Assembly: GCA_026415435.1 (NCBI GenBank)
Contig: JAOAHC010000020.1
Location: forward strand, 15,940 to 79,939
DNA: 64,000 bases
Origin: Clostridia bacterium
Lineage (GTDB): Bacteria; Bacillota; Clostridia; TANB77; CAG-465
Direction: 5' to 3'
Part shown: positions 56,643 through 64,000 of the stretch, piece by piece
Layout of the letters: each line of letters starts with the position of its first letter
Numbering within the stretch: position 1 is the stretch's first letter
Notes under the pieces: model-generated
The model's database searches: none
Told to the model about the DNA's origin: nothing
What the model saw: only the letters and a program-made list of their open reading frames with translations
Position numbers and translations under genes: made by a program

Positions 56643-58457
56643 CTATTTTAATTTTGATAACTCTAGTATAATCTGATTTAATTCAAATTGCAATACCTCT
56701 TCCTCATCTTTTGTAATATTTTGTCCAATTCTTTGAATAATTTCATCTCTTCTTAGTCTAAACTTCTCTTTTTTCTTATTACTTAATATATCATTTAACA
56801 TTTTAACTTTATCTACATTACTAATATCTAGATACATTACTTCTGTTAGTTCTTTTATTTGTTCTTCACTTCTCAATCTACTAAGTATATCTATCTTATT
56901 AATATCAAAATTTTTACTAATCCCAATTATAGTATTATATAGATCTTTTACGCTTTCATCCTCAATTTCTTGTACAGATATACTTTCAAAAATTTGTTTT
57001 TGAATTTTTAAATCTTTACTTAGAAGTAATGCTATAATATACTGTTCTTGTCTTTTCCTTACACTAGAGCCTATATGTATCTTTTTATTTAAAAGTGAGG
57101 TATCTATAACTTCGTTCTTACTATCATTTTTATTAAGCCTTTTTTCAATTTCTTTTAATATAGGCCCTCTACCAATTTTATATTTTTCACTAATTTTATC
57201 TATATAGATATCTCTTTCTATATTATTTTCAATTTTAGATAATATATTTGCTGTTTGAGTTAAAAATTTAATTTTTGAATCAATATTATTTAAATCCAGT
57301 TCTTTTTCAAGTTTTGATACCTTAAATTCAACTAATGAAATACTATTATTTACGCAATGCTGAAATCTTTCAACTCCATATTTATTAATATATTCATCTG
57401 GATCTTTTGCATCTTCTTTATCTAACTTTAATACTTTAACATTTAAACTTTTATCTGTTAATATATCTAGTCCTCTAAGAATTGCTTCTTGTCCTGCACT
57501 ATCTTGATCATAAGCAATAATTATTTTATCGGTAAATCTCTTAAGTAATCTTGCTTGTGATTCAGTAAGTGCAGTTCCTAACGAAGCTACAACATTGTTT
57601 ATATTGTTCTTATGAAGAGATAATGCATCCATGTATCCTTCCACCATAATTATGCTTTCAAGATTCTCTTTTTTTGCAAAATTTAGCGCATATAGATTTT
57701 TTCCTTTAGAATAAATTTCATTCTCAGGAGAATTAACGTATTTTGGAAGTGAGTTATCTAACACTCTACCTCCAAAACCAATTACTCTATCCCTTATATC
57801 AAATATAGGAAAAATAAGTCTAGAATCGAATCTATCATAGTGTTTTAATGAACCTGCCTTTTCTATAATTATTCCTGATGCAAAAATTTCTTCACTACTA
57901 TATCCTTTGTTTTTTAAATAATCAAATAGAGGAATAGTCCCTCTTCCAAAACCAACGCCAAATTTTCTTATTACATTCTTATCAAATTTTCTTTTTATAA
58001 TATAGTCTTTAACTAAATTAGTTTTTTCTTCTAATTTTTCTACCAGAGCTTCATGATAATAAAGTGCAGCATCCTTATTTAACTTATACAACACTTCTTT
58101 TAAATCCTTTTTAACCTCTTCTTTATTATTTGAAAAACTCGTCTTAATCTCATATTTTGATGTATCTACATGTGCTCTATTTGCAAGAAAAAGAACGCTT
58201 TCCCAGAAATCTAATTTTTCTAGTTTCATTATGAAGGAAATAACATTTCCTCCTTCTGAACATCCAAAGCATTTAAAAATTTGCTTGTCCATAGACACAA
58301 TAAAAGAAGGTGTCTTTTCTCTATGAAATGGGCATAATCCTGTATAATTTCGCCCGCTTTTTTTTAGAGTAACATATTCTGATACTACTTCAACGATATC
58401 ATTTTGAGATATTACTTCATCAATTAATTCGTCTGAATAATATGCCAATGTATTCAC
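56643..58457 (-). CDS. dnaG: DNA primase DnaG
   Basis: Zn finger [11 protein letters not shown]...CFGC, a TOPRIM region (IMVEGYMD...[11 protein letters not shown]), and the dnaG-rpoD operon order. Confidence 0.95.
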   Translation of the reverse strand: MNTLAYYSDELIDEVISQNDIVEVVSEYVTLKKSGRNYTGLCPFHREKTPSFIVSMDKQIFKCFGCSEGGNVISFIMKLEKLDFWESVLFLANRAHVDTSKYEIKTSFSNNKEEVKKDLKEVLYKLNKDAALYYHEALVEKLEEKTNLVKDYIIKRKFDKNVIRKFGVGFGRGTIPLFDYLKNKGYSSEEIFASGIIIEKAGSLKHYDRFDSRLIFPIFDIRDRVIGFGGRVLDNSLPKYVNSPENEIYSKGKNLYALNFAKKENLESIIMVEGYMDALSLHKNNINNVVASLGTALTESQARLLKRFTDKIIIAYDQDSAGQEAILRGLDILTDKSLNVKVLKLDKEDAKDPDEYINKYGVERFQHCVNNSISLVEFKVSKLEKELDLNNIDSKIKFLTQTANILSKIENNIERDIYIDKISEKYKIGRGPILKEIEKRLNKNDSKNEVIDTSLLNKKIHIGSSVRKRQEQYIIALLLSKDLKIQKQIFESISVQEIEDESVKDLYNTIIGISKNFDINKIDILSRLRSEEQIKELTEVMYLDISNVDKVKMLNDILSNKKKEKFRLRRDEIIQRIGQNITKDEEEVLQFELNQIILELSKLK

Positions 58458-58484
58458 CTTCTCCTATTTTATATTTTTAAAAAT

Positions 58485-59711
58485 CTATGCCTTTAATAAT
58501 TTTATTCTTTCTTCTCTATTTAAATATATATTTGAAGTATTAACAATTACTATAAGTATTAATAATACTGTAAAAATTCCTTGGTATACTTGAATATTTA
58601 AATTAGTACTACAGTACATCCCCACAGATAAAATAAACAATAATTTAACTATTGTAGATTTTGTATCATATTTTCTTCTTAAAATAATATTTAATATTTC
58701 AATTAAAATAATATAACTAAATATTATTAAATAATATATTTTAGAAGTAGAAACAAACAATTGTAGCTTTGACATCATATTCGTCAAGTCAAAATCTAAA
58801 TTTATATACTCTAAACTGTTATTTAAAATACTACTTAGTGTTTCACTTGGTATATATTTAATAGAAACATATCCTACTAATAAAGTTAATACTAATGTAA
58901 TGATTATCAAAACTACAGCTATAAATAACTTTTCAATATTTATTCTTTCAATCTTATAAAGTACGTCTCTTTTAGTTATATTTACTTTTTGAATTAATTT
59001 TCTTGAAAAATTAATATGTGTTTTATCCAAATTATATGTTATAGCAAATAGAATAATTAAAAGTGTTAAATATACGTATAAACTTACACCAAATATTACA
59101 CTAATACCCATAAAAATTCCGCACACTACTGCTAATCTAATATATTTTCTAGTTTTAAGTCCTTGTTGTTTTAGCTCATCTATAAGCTTTTGCAAAAATA
59201 GCAATGTTAAACAACAAAACATTATAACTAATCCAGAACCTATATACATATTTGTATCATAAATATTATTTGTTATCAATGCATAAAGTGTAACTGCCAG
59301 TATAGAAAGTATATCACTTTTAGAAACATTAAAAACTATTTTTTTAATTGTAATAGATGTAGCTATATATATTATCAAAATTGCAAGTAGTTCTATCTTA
59401 GTAAAACTAGTTAATAAATTTCTTAATATTAATATCTTACAAGTAATTACTGTTACAACAATATATATATATCTATATATCATTGATATCGATTTATCTA
59501 TTTTTTGTTTATATAATTTGTTTTTTATATATACATATATAGATACTAAAATCAGAACTAGAATAGGATAAACTATTCTGTCAAATCTAAATTCTGATTT
59601 TGTGACAGAAGTATTATTTATCATTGTTAATATGTCTAAACCATTTAACAATAATATTAATGCTATAAATATTACTACTACTATACTACGTGAAATTTTA
59701 CTAATACTCAT
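58485..59711 (-). CDS. Polytopic integral membrane protein (408 aa, ~10-11 TM), function unknown
   Basis: Hydrophobic throughout. It lies between dnaG and a sugar-nucleotidyltransferase gene, so a glycan polymerase or ligase-type role is possible but unsupported. Confidence 0.5.
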   Translation of the reverse strand: MSISKISRSIVVVIFIALILLLNGLDILTMINNTSVTKSEFRFDRIVYPILVLILVSIYVYIKNKLYKQKIDKSISMIYRYIYIVVTVITCKILILRNLLTSFTKIELLAILIIYIATSITIKKIVFNVSKSDILSILAVTLYALITNNIYDTNMYIGSGLVIMFCCLTLLFLQKLIDELKQQGLKTRKYIRLAVVCGIFMGISVIFGVSLYVYLTLLIILFAITYNLDKTHINFSRKLIQKVNITKRDVLYKIERINIEKLFIAVVLIIITLVLTLLVGYVSIKYIPSETLSSILNNSLEYINLDFDLTNMMSKLQLFVSTSKIYYLIIFSYIILIEILNIILRRKYDTKSTIVKLLFILSVGMYCSTNLNIQVYQGIFTVLLILIVIVNTSNIYLNREERIKLLKA

Positions 59712-59757
59712 GTTTAACTACCTTCTATATCTAACACTATTACATTTCATTCTACAA

Positions 59758-60495
59758 TTATTTTTTACTATAAAGTTCATTAACATATGCTAAAGAATCA
59801 TGTGTACCAACATCATAACAATGACCTTCAAATATGTATGCATAAGTAGGTATTTTTTTATGCAAATATGCTATAAAGTTTCCTGGTGCATCAGCTGAAT
59901 TTCCTTCTTCAATATATTTTTTAAATTCAGGTAATACCTCCCTAGGATATATATATTCAGCATATACAGCAAAATCACTCTTTGGTTCACTAGGTTTCTC
60001 TTCAAATCCTATAATTTTTTTATCATCATTAATTTCTGCAATTCCAACTCTTTTTAGAAGTTCTTTATCTTCTTCTTCTCTAACACAAACAACTGGTGCC
60101 TTTTTCTCATTATAGAAATCAACAAAACTTCTAAGTGTAAATGTAAATAAATTATCGCCTGCAATTACTAATATATCATCATCAATTTTAGATTCCTCAA
60201 TAGTATATATTATATCACCTATTCCACCTAATCTGTTTTCATTTGTTGTTGTTCCATCATTTATAACCGTTATCGGTTTTATATTATTTTTAGAATTTGC
60301 CCAATTTCTAAAATGCTCTGTATATTTTGCGTTTGTTACTAAATATATTGAATCTACCTCATTTAATGAATTAACCTCATCAAGTATATAATCAAGTAAT
60401 GGTCTTTTTCCAACTTCTAATAATGCTTTTGGAAAATTCTCCGTAAGAGGATAAAGTCTAGTAGCATATCCCGCACATAATAAAATACATTTCAT
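59758..60495 (-). CDS. Sugar-phosphate nucleotidyltransferase family protein
   Basis: N-terminal signature MKCILLCAGYATRLYPLTENFPKALL.VG.RPLL, and VIAGDNLF. Confidence 0.8.
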   Translation of the reverse strand: MKCILLCAGYATRLYPLTENFPKALLEVGKRPLLDYILDEVNSLNEVDSIYLVTNAKYTEHFRNWANSKNNIKPITVINDGTTTNENRLGGIGDIIYTIEESKIDDDILVIAGDNLFTFTLRSFVDFYNEKKAPVVCVREEEDKELLKRVGIAEINDDKKIIGFEEKPSEPKSDFAVYAEYIYPREVLPEFKKYIEEGNSADAPGNFIAYLHKKIPTYAYIFEGHCYDVGTHDSLAYVNELYSKK

Positions 60496-60626
60496 TTGTT
60501 TCTCTCCTTTAATTTAACAATTTCAGCAAAAGCTGTCTATACGACGACATTATATCACAAAAAAAAGGATATTTCAAGTATATATTTTGGTAAAATTTAA
60601 TATAGTTTTACATAATAAAAAGAAAT

Positions 60627-60654
60627 TGAAGGATTAAAATATTTTAATCCTTCA
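60627..60654 (-). terminator. Rho-independent terminator (perfect 28-nt palindrome)
   Basis: TGAAGGATTAAAAT/ATTTTAATCCTTCA, followed on the minus strand by a T-rich tract, 15 nt after the stop at 60669. Confidence 0.6.
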
Positions 60655-60668
60655 CATATTTATACTAT

Positions 60669-60926
60669 TTAACTTACCTCCCTAAGCCATGGAATGCATT
60701 TATCACAAAGATGTTTTTGTACAGAGGTCATTTCATCTAATTTAAATACAAGTTCAATATCGTTTAGTCTTGTATTCTCGTCAGCAACCAATATACATCC
60801 AAAGTATTCTGATATTATTGTACAACTGTTTCTTTTAGCAAAGTATAACATAATCGTACATATACTTTCTAAATCTTCTTGTTCTCTAATAAGAATAATA
60901 TTACCATCCCTGATTTTTGTTATCAT
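60669..60926 (-). CDS. Hypothetical protein (85 aa)
   Basis: ORF with its own terminator. No motif recognised. The antisense ORF 60694..60951 is disfavoured. Confidence 0.4.
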   Translation of the reverse strand: MITKIRDGNIILIREQEDLESICTIMLYFAKRNSCTIISEYFGCILVADENTRLNDIELVFKLDEMTSVQKHLCDKCIPWLREVS

Positions 60927-61048
60927 ACAAAACTCCTTTAAGACAAAATAATATCTTATTAAATGTTTTTAATCTGTTATTATTATATCACACTCCTCAA
61001 GTTATGTATACATAGTTTAAAACTTTTTTGGTTATTTTATAGTATTAA

Positions 61049-61083
61049 TTAAAAAAGGATCACGGTTAATACCGTAATCCTTT
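61049..61083 (-). terminator. Rho-independent terminator after the 281-aa gene
   Basis: Minus strand AAAGGATTACGG-TATTA-ACCGTGATCCTTT followed by TTTTAAT. Confidence 0.65.
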
Positions 61084-61097
61084 GGAATTCTATTTTA

Positions 61098-61943
61098 TTA
61101 TACTGCATCAAGTTCACTTATTTTTTGTTCGAACTCTGCAATTCTTTGTTCTGTTTCATATTGTTCAATTCTATTTAACGCATACAGATATTTTCTTTCT
61201 TGCGATAATAACGCTTGATATTCATCATTCCAGTCTTCATGACCTTTCAAGCTTCTATGAACATTATTTAATTTTTCTTCTAAAACAAGTTTAACAGGGT
61301 TTAATAGCTCACCACTTTTATCTACTTTAATGCCACCATCAACCATATGTGTTAATACTTCAGCAAAGATTCTCTCGCCTTGTACATTAATTCCACTTTC
61401 AGAACCATCATAAAGTATATTTATAACTTTATTAACTTGATTAATACCTGCCTTTGAAAATATTGTATCAACTCTTGAATCAATAAATTGACTATTTTCA
61501 CCAAATATTTCTTGCCCTTTTATAAATAAATCAACATTATTTTGTATTATTCTTGCTTGTTCAATAGGTAATTCAGCTGTAGCAATTTTAAGAGCATGTC
61601 TATCATAATATTTTCTAAAAGCACTATTACACATTTCCGGAGTTTCTGAATATGGTTTGAAAAATTGAGCATAACCTCTTAAAACCTCATGTTGTGTCTT
61701 ATCTCCACTAACATTTTGTCTAATATCTTCAACATTTTCTCCAAAATACGCCGAAACTTTGTGATCTATAGCATCAAGTTCATATTTTTGTGGTTCACTA
61801 ATACTATCCATTTCTACATTTTGATTTGCTGATTGCAATAATAAGTATTCATTCTTAGTAGCAAAAATATTTCCGAAAAAAGACTTAACCGAGCCCATAT
61901 CTTCTAAAAATAATTGCCACTCATTTTTTAAAAATTCAAACAT
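61098..61943 (-). CDS. Hypothetical protein (281 aa)
   Basis: Clean ORF with an RBS (AAGAGGTG) and a terminator. No motif recognised. Confidence 0.5.
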   Translation of the reverse strand: MFEFLKNEWQLFLEDMGSVKSFFGNIFATKNEYLLLQSANQNVEMDSISEPQKYELDAIDHKVSAYFGENVEDIRQNVSGDKTQHEVLRGYAQFFKPYSETPEMCNSAFRKYYDRHALKIATAELPIEQARIIQNNVDLFIKGQEIFGENSQFIDSRVDTIFSKAGINQVNKVINILYDGSESGINVQGERIFAEVLTHMVDGGIKVDKSGELLNPVKLVLEEKLNNVHRSLKGHEDWNDEYQALLSQERKYLYALNRIEQYETEQRIAEFEQKISELDAV

Positions 61944-62105
61944 AACAACACCTCTTTTGTATATAAATAATATAATCTATTATTTCATCTAAAATTATAC
62001 AAAATTTATCGAAAAAAAGCAATGACAATAACATAATATTTATATTACATTTTCGTTACATTGCTTTTAAATTAATATTATAAAATTTTTGAGATGCCTA
62101 TATTA

Positions 62106-62417
62106 CTAAGTATATTTATCCATAAGACTTTGTATATTTTCTTTTGTTATAAATCCTGTGTGTCTATCAATTGCCTTACCAGATTTAAAAATAATTAATG
62201 TAGGTATTGCATCAACGGCATATTTTCTCACTATATTTGGAGAATTGTCGACATTTATACTTGCAATATTATATCCTGCCCTACTACTTGATATTTCTTC
62301 TAATATAGGTTTTAGCTTCATACATGGTCCACACCAATCTGCACAAAAGTCTACTAAAATAGTACCTTTATTATTTAGAACAATTTCTGAAAAATTAGTT
62401 TCATCTACATATTTCAT
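62106..62417 (-). CDS. trxA: Thioredoxin
   Basis: WCGPC active site; 103 aa. Confidence 0.9.
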   Translation of the reverse strand: MKYVDETNFSEIVLNNKGTILVDFCADWCGPCMKLKPILEEISSSRAGYNIASINVDNSPNIVRKYAVDAIPTLIIFKSGKAIDRHTGFITKENIQSLMDKYT

Positions 62418-62427
62418 ACTAGCCCTC

Positions 62428-62907
62428 CTATTGTTTTGAATAAACTAACATATCTTTATATGGAAAAGTAGACAATGCCCCATATTCCCATATATATATT
62501 TGCATATATCCAAGTCTATTTAAAATTTGTATAGCAGTCTTACTTCTTGCTCCACTTGCACAGTATACCATTAGATACTTATTAATATCTGGCTCTATGC
62601 TAAAAATTACATGTTCCAATTCCTCAACAGGTATATTTATAGCATTTCTTATATGCATTGTATCATACTCTTGTTTACTTCTCACATCTATTAATAATAC
62701 ATTACTAGATAATATCATATTACGCGCTTGTTCTTTAGAGACTAACTTAAAGGTGGTTCTACTTGGTACAGAACCAAAAATTGATCTTACATTTCTGGAA
62801 ATATTTGACCTTGTATTAAATATTTTATTAATTCCTAACCTATTATTTTGCCTTATACCATTATTATTTCCGAATAATCCTACTCGTATATTATCAAAAA
62901 AAGACAT
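62428..62907 (-). CDS. Rhodanese-domain sulfurtransferase-like protein
   Basis: LIDVRSKQEYDTMHIRNAINIP... and the active-site loop YCASGARS. Confidence 0.8.
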   Translation of the reverse strand: MSFFDNIRVGLFGNNNGIRQNNRLGINKIFNTRSNISRNVRSIFGSVPSRTTFKLVSKEQARNMILSSNVLLIDVRSKQEYDTMHIRNAINIPVEELEHVIFSIEPDINKYLMVYCASGARSKTAIQILNRLGYMQIYIWEYGALSTFPYKDMLVYSKQ

Positions 62908-63050
62908 AAGCTATACCCTCTTTCTTTATAGTATAACTTATGCCATTTTTGTTTATTTTATGAATGTTAATTGTAATATATTGTTTAATCTTACATGTAT
63001 TTTACTAATATTTTTTTAAAAAGTAATTAGTGGTTTTTATATTTAAATTA

Positions 63051-64000
63051 TCACTTTAAATATAGTGCTATGCGAAAACCATTATAATCCGCCGAAAAGC
63101 TTGCACTACCTGATTCACGAGTAGATGCTGTACCTCCTGAAGAATTACCTTGGCTGATATATGATCCACCTCTAACAATAAATGAACTAGAATATTTTTC
63201 ACTCGTCCATTCACATAAATTGCCTCCTAAATCATAAATATTCTTAGCACTATTTCTACTAGTCGCTCCTGTATTTAATAATCTAGCTTCATAGTAGCCT
63301 TTGGTGCCCGTTGTTGGATAATCATATGTAAATGTATCATAGTAATAATTTCCCCACCCCTGACCAAAGGTTACATTTATTCCAGAGTTAGCTATCCACT
63401 TCATAACCGTATCCCATTGGGATCCAGTTGCAAGATTTGTTCCAAGGAGAGTTGTATTATATCCACATCTTGAAGCCATGTTTTCTGAATATGTTTTAGC
63501 ATCCGAGTAATTTATATAATTCCATAAGTATCCATTATATGTTGAATTTCTTGTTGATGACCAATTAGTTGTTGTTATATTTGTGCTTTTTTTACTTGCT
63601 GGACGTATATTTCCTCCATTATAATCAAATACAGATTCATATCTTGCAATATAAAATCCTTTGTATGTATTAGTTATATTATTTACATTAAAATCACCTG
63701 GCATTGTATCATCAGCTGTACTTGTATATGATATTAATGTATTGCACCATTTTGCATATGGTACATTAGTTCCATCTACCGGTACCCATACAAATTGATT
63801 ACCATTTGGATCTTGTATTACTAATCCTTTATCCCAATCCGTAGATACATTATTCCAATTTGCCACTGCAGTATTTACTGGCCTAAATCCTGCTGGTATT
63901 ACTGGATTATTATATGTTGGTAGTTGTCCATTTATAGTTGAGTGTACTGTAAGAGGTGTACCCGGACTTGCTTCCGTTCCTGCTGCGCTTGATTGTTGGT
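63051..64000 (-). CDS. Formylglycine-generating-enzyme (SUMF1/FGE-sulfatase) domain protein; 5' end beyond the window
   Basis: ...WDTVMKW..., NIYDLGGNLCEWTSE, RGGSY, YNGFRIALY. The frame stays open upstream of the track's GTG (63866) to position 64000 (..NNPVIPAGFRPVNTAVANWNN..). Confidence 0.7.
   Translation of the reverse strand, partial: QQSSAAGTEASPGTPLTVHSTINGQLPTYNNPVIPAGFRPVNTAVANWNNVSTDWDKGLVIQDPNGNQFVWVPVDGTNVPYAKWCNTLISYTSTADDTMPGDFNVNNITNTYKGFYIARYESVFDYNGGNIRPASKKSTNITTTNWSSTRNSTYNGYLWNYINYSDAKTYSENMASRCGYNTTLLGTNLATGSQWDTVMKWIANSGINVTFGQGWGNYYYDTFTYDYPTTGTKGYYEARLLNTGATSRNSAKNIYDLGGNLCEWTSEKYSSSFIVRGGSYISQGNSSGGTASTRESGSASFSADYNGFRIALYLK

Overview
AT-rich (about 25-30% GC by eye) chromosome segment from a spore-forming Clostridia-class Firmicute. 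Almost all genes are on the minus strand. The backbone is housekeeping and sporulation: a TrmH-like methylase, prsA-like, mfd, ligA, pgsA, murD, uvrC, a two-component system, an acyl-CoA ligase, ytfI/ytfJ-like, cdd, dgkA, ybeY, yqfD/yqfC, spo0A, mreB, tspO, smc, rpoD, dnaG and trxA. Accessory content: (1) a giant (>1,990 codon) surface repeat protein whose duplicated C-terminal glycine-rich domain is broken by three +1 frameshifts at the same CCACCGGCC motif. (2) An agr-type quorum-sensing locus, including an agrD ORF missing from the ORF track. (3) The most interesting region: a ~6.3 kb large-serine-recombinase element inserted exactly at the peroxidatic-Cys codon of a 1-Cys peroxiredoxin gene. 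It carries a tightly coupled four-gene operon of unknown function: a dNMP-kinase-like protein with a degenerate Walker A, a 553-aa CX3CX2C radical-SAM-like protein, a NADAR protein and a GreA paralogue. I flag this operon as a candidate undescribed nucleotide-based or defence system. (4) Two orphan genes resembling phage structural proteins, a type-I-toxin-like small ORF, and tandem holin-like genes. All homology calls come from motif recognition by eye. Hairpin and motif coordinates were hand-counted (about +/-2 nt). No searches were run.
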